The notes below the pieces were generated by a model. It saw nothing but the letters and a program-made list of their open reading frames with translations. It did no database searches and had not been told where the DNA came from. From Cyanobacteriota bacterium (GTDB lineage: Bacteria > Cyanobacteriota > Cyanobacteriia > Thermostichales > Thermostichaceae), in the NCBI GenBank assembly GCA_033764955.1, contig JANRIL010000015.1, positions 69,918 to 133,917 on the forward strand: a stretch of 64,000 nucleotides of DNA. Direction: 5' to 3'. The translations under genes and the position numbers were made by a program. This document shows, piece after piece, positions 10,337 through 20,508 of the stretch (the first letter of the stretch is position 1; every line of letters starts with the position of its first letter).

Positions 10337-10460
10337 CAGCATCAACGGGTTGACAAGGGGAGTAGTAGAACCAGCTACATTGAGGGGTTTAACGGCACCT
10401 TACGTCAGGGATCCTCGCCCCCAGTTCAGAAAGGGATGTGCTTCTATCAAAGAAAATTTA
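10337..10460 (+). pseudogene. IS1-family InsB transposase C-terminal fragment
   Basis: Translates QHQRVDKGSSRTSYIEGFNGTLRQGSSPPVQKGMCF, resembling the InsB T-x-x-IERFNxTLRQ...LVRK motif; no start codon. Confidence 0.6.
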
Positions 10461-10520
10461 TAGTCATTCCAATTTAATTTGAGAATCGCAAAGCCTATCA
10501 CAGCTTGGTTAGAATGACTT
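10459..10520. repeat. Short MITE-like inverted-repeat element
   Basis: TATAGTCATTCCAA ... TTAGAATGACT terminal inverted repeats. Confidence 0.4.
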
Positions 10521-10573
10521 GGCTAGTCGCATGCTTATCTGGAATAACGATAAGTAGCGTCGTAATATGTCCT

Positions 10574-11353
10574 TTACAAAAAACGAGTCATCTGCACCCG
10601 GTAGCGACCCTTTTTGGTCTCCGCCACATCGTCAATTTGTAGGCGTCCCCGACCCCGTATGGTCACCAGATCCTGAGGGTTGAGGGGATGGCTGGGCTGA
10701 GTAACCGTTTTCCAGTTAACCCGCACCTCACCCCGTTCAATTTCTTGTACCATTTTGCTGCGGGACATGCTAAACCCAGCCGAAGCTAGCGCATCCAGCC
10801 GCAGAGAGGCTTCCACAGAGGCAATCGCTTTGGTTTGGGGAGGGCGAATCTTGAGATCCCCCAAGGGGATCCCCTTCACCTTGACGGGAACCGAACGCAC
10901 CTGCGTCAGATGGGTTTGTAGATAGTCGGCAATTTCGGGCAAGACAATCACCTGGGATCCCTGTTCCCCCAAAACCAGCAGATCCCCCACCTTATCGCGG
11001 ACAATGCCTGTCCCCAAGATGGCTCCCAAAAAATCGGGATGGGTGGCTGTATCAAACAAAAAATTGCCCTGGATATTAAGGGCGGCTAAGGGAATCTGCT
11101 CACGACTCGGCAACATCTCGGGACGGGAGATAGCTAGCCGTTGTCGCTCCGCCTGGGCATAGCCTCCCCAAGCCACTGCCCCCACTTCCGTCAGTCGTTG
11201 AAAACGGCTAAGGGCTTCAGCAATTTCCGGTGGGGATAAAAAATCGGAATAGGTGACTTGCCACGTTTTGAGAGACTGCTCAGCAAGATCCAATAAGCGA
11301 GCCAAGCTTTCTCGATGCTCGGTTCCCTGCAACAGTTCACTTCTGGGTACCAT
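10574..11353 (-). CDS. Photosystem II S4-domain protein (YlmH/Sll1252 family)
   Basis: WGGYAQAERQR, GNFLFD, EASLRLDALAS, C-terminal S4 domain. Confidence 0.9.
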   Translation of the reverse strand: MVPRSELLQGTEHRESLARLLDLAEQSLKTWQVTYSDFLSPPEIAEALSRFQRLTEVGAVAWGGYAQAERQRLAISRPEMLPSREQIPLAALNIQGNFLFDTATHPDFLGAILGTGIVRDKVGDLLVLGEQGSQVIVLPEIADYLQTHLTQVRSVPVKVKGIPLGDLKIRPPQTKAIASVEASLRLDALASAGFSMSRSKMVQEIERGEVRVNWKTVTQPSHPLNPQDLVTIRGRGRLQIDDVAETKKGRYRVQMTRFL

Positions 11354-11427
11354 TCTGCAACCCCATCCTCATCCCCCTGATTGAAAACTCTACGAATATC
11401 TCTTGAGAATATCTCCTGAAAATAGGT

Positions 11428-12576
11428 CTACAATTGACGGTTTTCTAGCATCATCTCGACAAATTGGCGAAATAGGTAGTCGGCGTCATGAGGGCCAGGG
11501 CTAGCTTCAGGATGATATTGCACGGAAAAAATCGGTAATCTGCGGTGGCGAATGCCTGCTACGGTTCGATCATTCAGGTTGAGGTGGCTGATCTCAATGT
11601 CGGGAGCCGTGAGAGAATCCCCATCCACAGCAAATCCATGATTTTGGCTCGTGATTTCTACCTCTTGTCTTATCCCACAGGGATGATTAAGGCCACGATG
11701 CCCAAATTTCAGCTTAAAGGTTTGGCTGCCCATCGCCAAACTCAAAATTTGATGCCCCAGACAAATGCCAAACATGGGTTTTTCGGTAGCTAAAAGGTGG
11801 CGAACAGTGGCAATCGCCTGCGTCTCTGCTGCCGGATCTCCTGGTCCATTGGAAAGAAAGATACCTTCGGGATCCTCAGCCAACACCCTCTCAGGGGTGG
11901 CATCCGCAGGCAAAACCGTCACCTGGCAACCATAGCGGGTCAGCCGCCGCAGAATGTTCCGTTTCACACCAAAATCAAGAGCCACCACCCGTAAAGGCGG
12001 ATCCGGCAGAGTAACCGGGATCCCATAATCCCACTCGGCGGCAGAAGGCTCTTGCCAGTCGTAGGCTTGGGGAGTGGTGACCTGAGAAACCAAACTCAAA
12101 CCCTGCATAGAGGGGCTAGCTAAAACATGGGAGAGCAACTGCTGAGGATCCAAAATCTCAGTGGAAATTCCCCCATTCATGGCTCCTTGGGAGCGTAATT
12201 GGCGGGTGAGGGCGCGGGTATCAATGCCTGCAATCGCCGGGATCCCGTGCTGTTTGAGATAGTCGCTGAGGCTGTTCGTGGCTCGCCAAGAGCTGGTATA
12301 GCGAGAAACATTGCGGGCAATCACCCCTCTCGCCTGGGGCCGAACAGACTCTTCATCTAGGGAATTGACCCCCGTGTTGCCCAATTCTGGGCAGGTGAAG
12401 GTAATCAGTTGTCCACAATAGCTGGGATCCGTAATCACCTCTTGATAGCCTGTCATCCCCGTATTAAAAACTACTTCGCCGGTGGTGGTGCCTGCGGCTC
12501 CAAATGACCAGCCTGTATAGCAGCTACCATCGGCCAGAACCAAAAGCGCTGGGGGAAGTTGAGAGGCAAAAGTCAT
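11428..12576 (-). CDS. carA: Carbamoyl-phosphate synthase small subunit
   Basis: [38 protein letters not shown]. Confidence 0.97.
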   Translation of the reverse strand: MTFASQLPPALLVLADGSCYTGWSFGAAGTTTGEVVFNTGMTGYQEVITDPSYCGQLITFTCPELGNTGVNSLDEESVRPQARGVIARNVSRYTSSWRATNSLSDYLKQHGIPAIAGIDTRALTRQLRSQGAMNGGISTEILDPQQLLSHVLASPSMQGLSLVSQVTTPQAYDWQEPSAAEWDYGIPVTLPDPPLRVVALDFGVKRNILRRLTRYGCQVTVLPADATPERVLAEDPEGIFLSNGPGDPAAETQAIATVRHLLATEKPMFGICLGHQILSLAMGSQTFKLKFGHRGLNHPCGIRQEVEITSQNHGFAVDGDSLTAPDIEISHLNLNDRTVAGIRHRRLPIFSVQYHPEASPGPHDADYLFRQFVEMMLENRQL

Positions 12577-12701
12577 AGGCCGCTGCCAGATAACAAGAGT
12601 GCCCCTATCCTACCGCCAAATCTCCGGCAAGCCCAAACAAGTCGTTCAACCCTAGACAAAACCGTTGATAAAGCTGTTATCATAAGAAAGACAAAAAATT
12701 A

Positions 12702-12773
12702 GGGACGGTAGCTCAGTGGTAGAGCATTCGGCTTTTAACCGACTGGCCGTGGGTTCGAACCCCACCCGTCCCA
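12702..12773 (+). tRNA. trnK: tRNA-Lys(TTT); CCA end not encoded
   Basis: Acceptor stem GGGACGG/CCGTCCC, D-arm AGCTCAGTGGTAGAGC, anticodon loop CTTTTAA, T-loop GGTTCGAAC. Confidence 0.96.
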
Positions 12774-12894
12774 TCAGCACTTTGCATGGGTTAGCTTGAC
12801 TGAATTAACCTAAAGGCAATTGGCGTTGAAATCTGTTCAACTGGAAAGATCCAGACAAGTTGTTGTAGCCAATCCATTTTGGCCGAAAACGCTC

Positions 12895-13329
12895 TCAAGG
12901 TAGAGGAGAAGGGGTGGGATCCGGCAGGATGTAAAGGGTTTCCACTTGTTGTCCGGCAGAGGGCAGAGCTTGAATGGTTCCCTCCCTGACCTGATAGGTA
13001 ATTTTTTCCGCCTGCAAGCGATTTTGTTTTTGGGTGATCACCACCTGCCCTTCCAGTTCGATGCGCTGCTCTTGCGTATAGTAGATAGCCTTTTGCGCCT
13101 TTGCTGTCACCTGTTCGGCAGGATAGGAGATAGACACATTGCCTACCGCAATGATCACCCCTGTATTGGCATTTGCCTCCTGCGAGTCGGCAGTGATTGA
13201 GATGGCTCGACTGGGCTGAGCCACCACAGGCTGCCAGTCACTCACTCCCCACCCCATCAAGATACTTATCCCCAGCCCCCAGCCGGAGAGGGATCCCCTA
13301 TACCTGGCCTTGCCACTTTTTCGATTCAT
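12895..13329 (-). CDS. LptA/OstA family periplasmic protein
   Basis: Signal-like N-terminus, ITADSQE, A-GNV, LEGQVVITQ, AEKITY beta-jellyroll repeats. Confidence 0.82.
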   Translation of the reverse strand: MNRKSGKARYRGSLSGWGLGISILMGWGVSDWQPVVAQPSRAISITADSQEANANTGVIIAVGNVSISYPAEQVTAKAQKAIYYTQEQRIELEGQVVITQKQNRLQAEKITYQVREGTIQALPSAGQQVETLYILPDPTPSPLP

Positions 13330-13349
13330 CGCTCATCACCACACCTTCT

Positions 13350-13518
13350 GGAGCCAGTTTAGCTTGTGCCAGGGATCCCGCCTATGCCCGGATGAAATGG
13401 CCATGGTGAGTCCGCCCAGGTAACTAAAGAAGCAATAGGATCAATCCCACCATTCCCCCTGGTGGCGAGACTAGCCTTCTCAGGACAACGCATGTTTCGG
13501 CAATCCTGCTCCTCTCCG
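13350..13518 (-). ncRNA. ssrS: 6S RNA (ends approximate)
   Basis: Minus strand ends pair (GGAG...CTCC, TGCC...GGCA). Segments TTACCTGG, TTTCATCCG and GGCACAAGCTAAACT resemble cyanobacterial 6S RNAs as I recall them. Confidence 0.72.
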
Positions 13519-13529
13519 TAAAATTTCTT

Positions 13530-13558
13530 TTGACAATCCCGGAAAAGCTGGATACGAT
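13530..13558 (+). promoter_or_regulatory. Sigma70-type promoter of the metK leader
   Basis: TTGACA (13530-35), 17 nt spacer, TACGAT (13553-58), about 10 nt before the riboswitch. Confidence 0.75.
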
Positions 13559-13567
13559 GACCTGAGT

Positions 13568-13706
13568 TCTTTATCCAGAGCAGACTGAGGGATCAGGCCC
13601 GACGAAGCTGCGGCAACCTAAATCGATCTTCAATTCCTAAAAGAATTCCCATAAGATCCGGTTTTGGTGCCAACTCCTGCGGTTAGATGGAACCGAAAGA
13701 TAAGGC
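13568..13706 (+). promoter_or_regulatory. SAM-I (S-box) riboswitch aptamer
   Basis: TTATCCAGAG, GAGGGA..GGCCC kink-turn P2, GGCAACC, GGTGCCAACTCCTGC, GAAAGATAAG; upstream of metK. Confidence 0.9.
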
Positions 13707-13840
13707 GAAGTTTTGGATGTTCAACCCACATGGCGTTTGCCAAGCTGGATCTTGATCACGCCCAACTTGGGATATTTATTGATATCGGTTTATCGGTCGT
13801 GACCCATGGGATCCCTTTTCCCTCAATGGTTTGGGTGAAG

Positions 13841-13872
13841 AACCCGCTTTTGATATAAGGCGGAGTTTTTTT
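13841..13872 (+). terminator. Intrinsic terminator in the metK leader (probable expression platform)
   Basis: AACCCGCTTT-tgatat-AAGGCGGAG followed by TTTTTTT, directly before the AGGAGG RBS. Confidence 0.6.
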
Positions 13873-13886
13873 AGGAGGGTCAAACC

Positions 13887-15134
13887 TTGGCTAAGGCGCA
13901 TCTTTTTTCTTCTGAGTCCGTGACAGAAGGGCATCCTGACAAAATTTGTGATCAACTGTCCGATACGATTTTAGATGCTTTGTTGACGGAGGATCCCAGC
14001 AGTCGGGTGGCGGCGGAGGTGGTCGTGAATACCGGACTGGTAGTGGTGACGGGGGAAATTACTACCCAAGCTCACCTCAACTATCCCCAGTTGGTGCGGC
14101 AAAAAATTAGTCAGATTGGCTATACCGACGCCAGCAACGGGTTTTCGGCGGATAGCTGTGCGGTGATGATCGCCCTCGATGAACAGTCTCCTGATATCGC
14201 CCAAGGGGTGAACCAAGCCCTGGAAGGACGGGAAACGCTGGAGGATCCTTTTGATCGAGTGGGGGCAGGCGATCAGGGATTGATGTTTGGTTTTGCCTGT
14301 AACGAAACGCCGGAGTTGATGCCCTTGCCGATTAGTCTGGCGCATCGGTTGAGTCGGCAGTTAGCTACCGTTCGCAAAAATGGTACGTTGCCCTATCTGC
14401 GCCCGGATGGCAAAACTCAGGTGACGGTCGCCTATGAGGAGGGTCGTCCGGTGGGTATTCACACCCTTTTGATCTCCACCCAACATGCCCCCACGATTGG
14501 CTCGCTCTCCGAAGATGTGGCGGTACAAAAACAAATTCGCTCCGATCTCTGGGATCTCGTGGTGCAGCCTGTGTTTGCTGATTTGCCAGTGAAACCCTCC
14601 GCCGAGACCCGTTTCTTAACCAATCCCACGGGCAAGTTTGTTATCGGCGGGCCACAGGGGGATGCCGGACTGACCGGACGCAAAATTATTGTGGATACCT
14701 ATGGTGGCTATTCGCGGCATGGTGGCGGGGCTTTTTCTGGAAAAGATCCAACGAAAGTAGATCGGAGTGCAGCTTATGCGGCTCGCTATGTGGCGAAAAA
14801 TATTGTCGCCGCTGGACTGGCCGAAAAATGTGAGATCCAAGTGAGTTATGCGATTGGCGTAGCCCGACCCATCAATATTTTGGTAGAAACCTTTGGTACT
14901 GGTCGCATCCCTGAGGCGGAGTTACTGGAGCTGATTCATCGGCATTTCGATCTGCGACCTGCCGCTATCCTGGCTCACTTTCAGTTGCGGGATCTGCCCC
15001 GTCTACACGGAGGGCGCTTTTATCAAAACGTAGCCGCCTACGGCCATTTCGGACAAACCCATCTCAATCTCCCCTGGGAGCAACTGGATAAGGTGGAGCT
15101 TCTCAAAGAGGCAGCGCTAACGACTGTAGGGTGA
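13887..15134 (+). CDS. metK: S-adenosylmethionine synthetase
   Basis: [28 protein letters not shown] start after AGGAGG. Confidence 0.98.
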   Translation: MAKAHLFSSESVTEGHPDKICDQLSDTILDALLTEDPSSRVAAEVVVNTGLVVVTGEITTQAHLNYPQLVRQKISQIGYTDASNGFSADSCAVMIALDEQSPDIAQGVNQALEGRETLEDPFDRVGAGDQGLMFGFACNETPELMPLPISLAHRLSRQLATVRKNGTLPYLRPDGKTQVTVAYEEGRPVGIHTLLISTQHAPTIGSLSEDVAVQKQIRSDLWDLVVQPVFADLPVKPSAETRFLTNPTGKFVIGGPQGDAGLTGRKIIVDTYGGYSRHGGGAFSGKDPTKVDRSAAYAARYVAKNIVAAGLAEKCEIQVSYAIGVARPINILVETFGTGRIPEAELLELIHRHFDLRPAAILAHFQLRDLPRLHGGRFYQNVAAYGHFGQTHLNLPWEQLDKVELLKEAALTTVG

Positions 15135-15160
15135 AGGTGAGTTTACCTATGGCTTAAAAC

Positions 15161-15188
15161 AGGGATCCCCAGCCGTGAGGGGATCCCT
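15161..15188. terminator. Hairpin made of two GGGATCCC palindromes between convergent genes
   Basis: AGGGATCCCC-agccgtga-GGGGATCCCT, perfect 10-bp stem. Confidence 0.45.
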
Positions 15189-15202
15189 ACTGGAGAATTG
15201 AC

Positions 15203-15658
15203 TCAGTAAATATACACAGCCCCCGCCTCATCAATGTTGAGAACGCGATCCCCCTCCACATCATCCTTGACCGTAACTTGCACCTTCAGGCGATTCCCCT
15301 CCGCTTGCACGTCATAGCGCAGGGTGATTTCTGAAAAGGGCGGGCGGGTGGGGGTGCTGATGTTGATGTAGGCGGGTAGGGCAAGCTTTTCGAGGCGGGA
15401 GGTTTCTCCCGGTTCCATCTCAACGGGCGCAATTTCTGCACTACTCAAGCCATATTCTAGGGTGGAGCCGGAGAGGTTTTCGATCTCGATTTGTAAAGGC
15501 TTTTGTGGATTCACGCGAGCCACCGGTTGAAAGAATCCCGGCTGATAGGTGTCTGGGGCGGGCGTTTGGGCTTGACTCGGCAAGGGCGTGTGCAAGGTGG
15601 CATAACCGATACCAAGCAGAACAAAAGCCACGTAGGCAACTGGCAACCGTTGAGCCAT
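15203..15658 (-). CDS. Secreted hypothetical protein
   Basis: Signal peptide, YQPGFFQPVARV; ends IDEAGAVYIY. Confidence 0.75.
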   Translation of the reverse strand: MAQRLPVAYVAFVLLGIGYATLHTPLPSQAQTPAPDTYQPGFFQPVARVNPQKPLQIEIENLSGSTLEYGLSSAEIAPVEMEPGETSRLEKLALPAYINISTPTRPPFSEITLRYDVQAEGNRLKVQVTVKDDVEGDRVLNIDEAGAVYIY

Positions 15659-15835
15659 GGGATAAAGATTCCTTAACTATTGCAAGTCTGAGTAGTGCGA
15701 ATCCAGAGACACAAAAATGACAGGATGATCCGCTCTCAAGCCTACCTGCCTGGGGGCAAGTTGTCATCCCAATCTGCTCCTGACAAAGGGATCCTCCGTG
15801 CAATAGGCTAAGAAGAGTTAAGCAGGCTTATCACC

Positions 15836-16792
15836 ATGACCGCCATTGAGAGTGGGATCCCTTCCCTGTCTGCGTATGGGCAATCGCAGCAGATGCGATG
15901 GCGAGGCTGGTCGATTCACTACACCTATCAGCCCACCCTTGCATCTAGCTCCGTGGCGGCTCCTCTGCTCTTGCTGCATGGGTTTGGAGCTTCGGTAGGT
16001 CATTGGCGACACAACATTCAGCCCTTGGCAGTGGATCGTTCGGTTTATGCACTCGATTTGTTAGGGTTTGGGGGCAGTGCTAAACCCCGCCTCGACTATA
16101 CCTGTGATCTCTGGGTGGAGCAGGTGTTTGAGTTTTGGCAAACCCATATTCGGCAGCCCGTCATCTTGGTGGGGCACTCGATTGGGGGATTGATTGGGGT
16201 ATTGACGGCGGCTCAACATCCCGACATGCTCAAGGGTTTGTGCCTCATTAGTTGTGCTGATGGCCCCCACCCCGAAGATTTACCCCCCCCCCTACAACCC
16301 CTTGTGCAAGGGATTTTTTCAGGGATCCTGAATGTTTTAGGATTTCCCCCTACCTATCCCTACTTATTTAACTGGTTACGCCAAACTGATGTTTTGCGAA
16401 GCTGGGTCAAAAATGTTTATAAACAGGATCACGTGGTGGATGATGAATTGATTGAGATCTTTCAGCGACCGGCGTTTGATCCAGGTGCTGATTACGTTTT
16501 TTTGGATGCTCTACGGGCAATTACGATTCGTCCCTTTGGCAATCCCAAACATCTTCTCCCCCACATTAAGACCCCCATTTTATTGATTTGGGGGCGAGAA
16601 GATCCGGCAGTTCCCAGTTTTTTGGCTGATCAATTCAAACGCTGGCAACCTCGTCTGACGTTGATTAAGCTGCCGGGAGTTGGCCATTGTGCCCATGATG
16701 AACTGCCTGGGTGGGTGAATGCGCTGATTTCCGAATGGTCTGCCGGATTGGAAGTTACCCCCGAACATCTACCTTCCCGCTGGCTGCGTTAA
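15836..16792 (+). CDS. Alpha/beta fold hydrolase
   Basis: LHGFGAS, DLLGFG, GHSIGG, GHCAHDE. Confidence 0.9.
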   Translation: MTAIESGIPSLSAYGQSQQMRWRGWSIHYTYQPTLASSSVAAPLLLLHGFGASVGHWRHNIQPLAVDRSVYALDLLGFGGSAKPRLDYTCDLWVEQVFEFWQTHIRQPVILVGHSIGGLIGVLTAAQHPDMLKGLCLISCADGPHPEDLPPPLQPLVQGIFSGILNVLGFPPTYPYLFNWLRQTDVLRSWVKNVYKQDHVVDDELIEIFQRPAFDPGADYVFLDALRAITIRPFGNPKHLLPHIKTPILLIWGREDPAVPSFLADQFKRWQPRLTLIKLPGVGHCAHDELPGWVNALISEWSAGLEVTPEHLPSRWLR

Positions 16793-16844
16793 TTCCTGGG
16801 ATACAGCAGTCTAAGATTGGCAGTCCTCCAAAATGCAGAGAAGG

Positions 16845-17135
16845 CTAGTCGAAGGATGCCGGAGGGGCTTCGGATCCGGTCGAGAGATAGTCCTGAAAAG
16901 CGGAGTGGACGGAGGAGAGGGGCAAGCGCAGGCTACAGCTTAGCTTGTTCAGCAATAGCGATTGCAAAGCCGGGGGTTGCTGGGCAATGCGGCGAAAATG
17001 GTGAGTCCACCCCTCGGTAGCACTCATAGGGGGAGGAGGGGATGGGGAGTGGGTGGGTATCTGAAGGTCTGAGGGCGTCATATCCACCAGTGCTGATGTA
17101 AATAAATATAGCAATTCTTGGCTAACTTCAAACAA
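16845..17135 (-). CDS. Possible hypothetical protein
   Basis: 96-aa ORF filling an intergenic gap; start uncertain; no recognised motif. Confidence 0.3.
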   Translation of the reverse strand: MFEVSQELLYLFTSALVDMTPSDLQIPTHSPSPPPPMSATEGWTHHFRRIAQQPPALQSLLLNKLSCSLRLPLSSVHSAFQDYLSTGSEAPPASFD

Positions 17136-17435
17136 TCATAGATATGCGTGGACATGTATGTATGTTTATCAAATCCGGCAACCTAAATCAAAATAAAGCA
17201 TTGATAAACTTTTCAATTAGCAAACTTGCCAGCAAAACAATAAAAGCGTGATAGACAATACAGTTCTTGTTGCAAAAGGCTTTTAGGCTAATTTAGAAAC
17301 ATTTTGCCAGTAAAAACATGACATCTTATCGTGACTTGTATCAGACTCGACATATTCACAGGGATCCCTAATCGATGCTCCTAAAATCAGTGTAGAGGGT
17401 TGGCGAGTGTTCTCTTTTGTGAGGGTAATTAAGAG

Positions 17436-17669
17436 ATGCTTAAGATCATGATGAATAGCAATATGACCCCAGACATGATCCGCTCATTTTGGTCACTGGT
17501 GGCTGAGTTGGGCAAACCGGAGTTGCTGGCGAAGCGAGATGACGACCTTGTGCATGTGATCCTGGATGCCTGCCAACAGGAACACTCCTTGAAGATGATG
17601 GATCCTCATCAACTCAATGGCTATATCAGCACCCGTCTCCCTCTGATTCGAGATATGGTGCTTGGCTAA
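17436..17669 (+). CDS. Small hypothetical protein, cyanobacterial type
   Basis: MTPDMIRSFWSLV...YISTRLPLIRD; purine-rich RBS region. Confidence 0.7.
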   Translation: MLKIMMNSNMTPDMIRSFWSLVAELGKPELLAKRDDDLVHVILDACQQEHSLKMMDPHQLNGYISTRLPLIRDMVLG

Positions 17670-17782
17670 CGGCTAGCCGGACAGAATCCCTAAGCTGGTT
17701 GCAGCGTGTGAAGGGATATTACGCAATTTTACGGCTGGCCTGGGGGACGCGAGGGATCCCGTAACTTTCGCCTATTCTCAAA

Positions 17783-18148
17783 ATGTCGCTCTCTATATCG
17801 TTCTTTTCGATTATGACTATGCTGCAACTTGCCCAAATCACCCTGTTGGTCTACGCAGGACTTTTGTTGGTTGGTGGAATCATTGGCTATACCAAGGCTA
17901 AAAGCAAAGTTTCTTTGGCTTCCGGCATCGGGAGCGCCCTCCTAGCTTTAGGGGGATACGGATTATCCTTGGTGCATCCCGCCTGGGGAATTGGGTTGGC
18001 TGGGGGGGTCGCCCTCGGACTGACCAGCATCTTTTTGATGCGTCTACGCAAGACGGGCAAGTTGATGCCGGCAGGGATGATGTTTGGCTTAAGTTTAGCG
18101 ATGACGGGCTGGATCAGCTATGTCATGGCTCACTTGGCTGGGCTGTAA
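17783..18148 (+). CDS. TMEM14 family membrane protein
   Basis: GGIIGYTKAKSKVSLASG and KLMPAG motifs. Confidence 0.88.
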   Translation: MSLSISFFSIMTMLQLAQITLLVYAGLLLVGGIIGYTKAKSKVSLASGIGSALLALGGYGLSLVHPAWGIGLAGGVALGLTSIFLMRLRKTGKLMPAGMMFGLSLAMTGWISYVMAHLAGL

Positions 18149-18162
18149 AGGGGGTGATGGGG

Positions 18163-18903
18163 CTATTGCAGATAGCCTGACCAGGTGTTGAGAGCTGGTG
18201 GTGAGCCATACCAAGGGCGGCCTCCGCGGCTGGAGTGAAAAATCCCAGGAATCGTCAAGTTGGTTGCCCCATCCAGGTGGGCGGCGCTGATGGGAGTGAT
18301 GCCGTCCCCCCAAATATCCCCGACACCGACGGTCAACTGATAGCTGCTGTAGGCCAACCATGACAGCCAGGGTTGAGGGAGGGATGTCCAGCGCCATCGG
18401 CATCCCAACACGCTCTCCCCGGCTATACAAACATAGGAAATCTCCGGCCAAAAGGCTCCCGGATAGTGATCATTGACAAAATTGAGGTTCGTCAATGTCC
18501 AGCGCTCCTGGCTAGTATGGGGGCTGCCCAGGGTGACCAGACTGGCAATCTGTCTTCGACCCGCCCAAACCTGACCATGATAGGGAACGGATCCTAAGTA
18601 GATGCGGGCAATCCACCCTCCCGCCGAATGCCCCACCAGATTGACTTTCGGGCTAGCAAACTCGGCCTGGGTGGCTGCGATAGTTGCCTGCAATGCCTGC
18701 AAAATGGGAGTCACCGCCCGTCCCCCCAGCGTGGGGATCCAATCCTTGACCCGCAACGGAACCACGCGGCTAGGACAGCCGGACTCTTCAAGAGCCTGTT
18801 GCAGAGGGAAATAATCACGCGCTCCTGCCAAATATCCCGGCAAAATCACGGTTGGATAGATTGCCATAGTTCTGGATGCGGGGCTAAGTGAGTTTGCGGC
18901 CAA
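18163..18903 (-). CDS. Esterase/lipase family alpha/beta hydrolase
   Basis: GHSAGG, TLGSPH, GDGITP. Confidence 0.85.
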   Translation of the reverse strand: MAANSLSPASRTMAIYPTVILPGYLAGARDYFPLQQALEESGCPSRVVPLRVKDWIPTLGGRAVTPILQALQATIAATQAEFASPKVNLVGHSAGGWIARIYLGSVPYHGQVWAGRRQIASLVTLGSPHTSQERWTLTNLNFVNDHYPGAFWPEISYVCIAGESVLGCRWRWTSLPQPWLSWLAYSSYQLTVGVGDIWGDGITPISAAHLDGATNLTIPGIFHSSRGGRPWYGSPPALNTWSGYLQ

Positions 18904-18954
18904 GAGGGAAGGAAAGGGATCCGAGACTTTGAGGGAAGCCGCCAGGGGTAGGCA

Positions 18955-19461
18955 TTATCGGTGGGGATACCAAAACATCCCTTTGATCCCTTCCGGATCC
19001 GCCGTAAACCCCAGCCTCTCATAAAATTCCACCACACCCTGATCGGCAAACAAAGTAATATTACTGATGTCTTGGGTTCGCAGATCTCGAATCATCCGAT
19101 CCACTAACGCTTTCCCTAATCCTTTTCCTTGAAATTGCGGATGTACCACCACATCCCAGAGAGTGGCATTAAAAGCATGGTCAGAGGTAGCGCGGGCAAA
19201 CCCGATCAACCGTTTGTAGTTGCCCCGTTGCTGCCACATCGTCACCACCCAAAAGCTGTGTTGCAGCGCTTTTTTCACCTTGTGGATGGGGCGACGGGAC
19301 CAACCCACCGCATCGCACAATTCCTCTAGCTCATAGAGATCGAGATCCGCGTCGTTGCTAAAAAAAATGCGCTCTGACTCAGAAACCACTTCCACCGATT
19401 TCTGAGCAGGCTTAGGGGTGGGACTCTCCACAGGATTAAATAACCCTTTCCAAAAACTCAT
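18955..19461 (-). CDS. GNAT N-acetyltransferase (Ycf52-like)
   Basis: [40 protein letters not shown]. Confidence 0.88.
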   Translation of the reverse strand: MSFWKGLFNPVESPTPKPAQKSVEVVSESERIFFSNDADLDLYELEELCDAVGWSRRPIHKVKKALQHSFWVVTMWQQRGNYKRLIGFARATSDHAFNATLWDVVVHPQFQGKGLGKALVDRMIRDLRTQDISNITLFADQGVVEFYERLGFTADPEGIKGMFWYPHR

Positions 19462-19711
19462 GCCAGAACAATCCACAGGGTGAAAGGAACCAAAACCATT
19501 CTTGACAAGGGGATCATGGGGTGAAAGGGATCCTGCTTGAAACTTAGTATAACCCTGGATAACGGCGGGCTAACGGATTTTTGTCGCTGAGGCATGGTAC
19601 TCTTCCGCCCGCCGCCAAGGGGATCCCCCACGGCCTTAAGGAAAGGACTCTTGCGCTGGGTTACCGAAGCTTGGTAGAAGGATAGCGTCCTTGATTGGTA
19701 GGCAGATAGCT

Positions 19712-20161
19712 GTGGAACGTACCTTTATTGCAATCAAGCCGGATGGTGTGCAACGGCAGTTGATCAGCTCAATTCTCCAGCGGTTTGAGGCACGTGGCTT
19801 TCAACTGGTGGGGATGAAGTTGATGCAGGTGAGCCGTGAACTGGCAGAAACCCACTATGCCGAACATAAAGAACGTCCTTTCTTCAAAGGATTGGTGGAT
19901 TTTATTACCTCTGGCCCCGTTGTGGCTATGGTCTGGCAGGGCAAAGGTGTGGTGGCTGCCGCCCGCAAGCTCATTGGCAAAACCAACCCCCTCGACTCCG
20001 AACCGGGGACGATTCGCGGAGACTTTGGTATTGATATTGGTCGCAACATTATTCACGGTTCCGATGCCGTTGAAACCGCCCAGCGGGAGATTGCCCTCTG
20101 GTTCGATGATGCCGAATTGGTGGACTGGACCGCGGTCACCCATCCCTGGATTTACGAATAG
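19712..20161 (+). CDS. ndk: Nucleoside diphosphate kinase
   Basis: [28 protein letters not shown] start at 19712. Confidence 0.97.
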   Translation: MERTFIAIKPDGVQRQLISSILQRFEARGFQLVGMKLMQVSRELAETHYAEHKERPFFKGLVDFITSGPVVAMVWQGKGVVAAARKLIGKTNPLDSEPGTIRGDFGIDIGRNIIHGSDAVETAQREIALWFDDAELVDWTAVTHPWIYE

Positions 20162-20508
20162 ATTAGAAATCAATCAACACCCGATAGAACCTAGCGAGAT
20201 ACCAACATAGCGACAACCTCTCTCCAGGGATCCCTGATTCATCCTGATGTGTGGTGATGTTACTTTTCACACAACTTCTGAACTTTTCGATAAGATGAGG
20301 TCAAGGTTGGCCAGGTTGGCTAAAGGGATCCCTGAGCAGAAATCACTGCTGAGGAAGAGCCTCCAAAGGAATCTGTGCTGTCGTCATTTACTCCTCCCTG
20401 TTGTCCATTGTCCTGATTGCCCCTGCTGAAATTGGCTACCCTGCCTGACCAAGACTGGGCTAATTCGCTCGGTTCAGGTCGAATTGAGATTGCCTGGTTG
20501 AGAGTTGC

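Noticed and set aside
13664..13858. 64-aa ORF in the metK leader
   Set aside because: It overlaps the riboswitch and terminator, has no RBS and no recognisable protein features.
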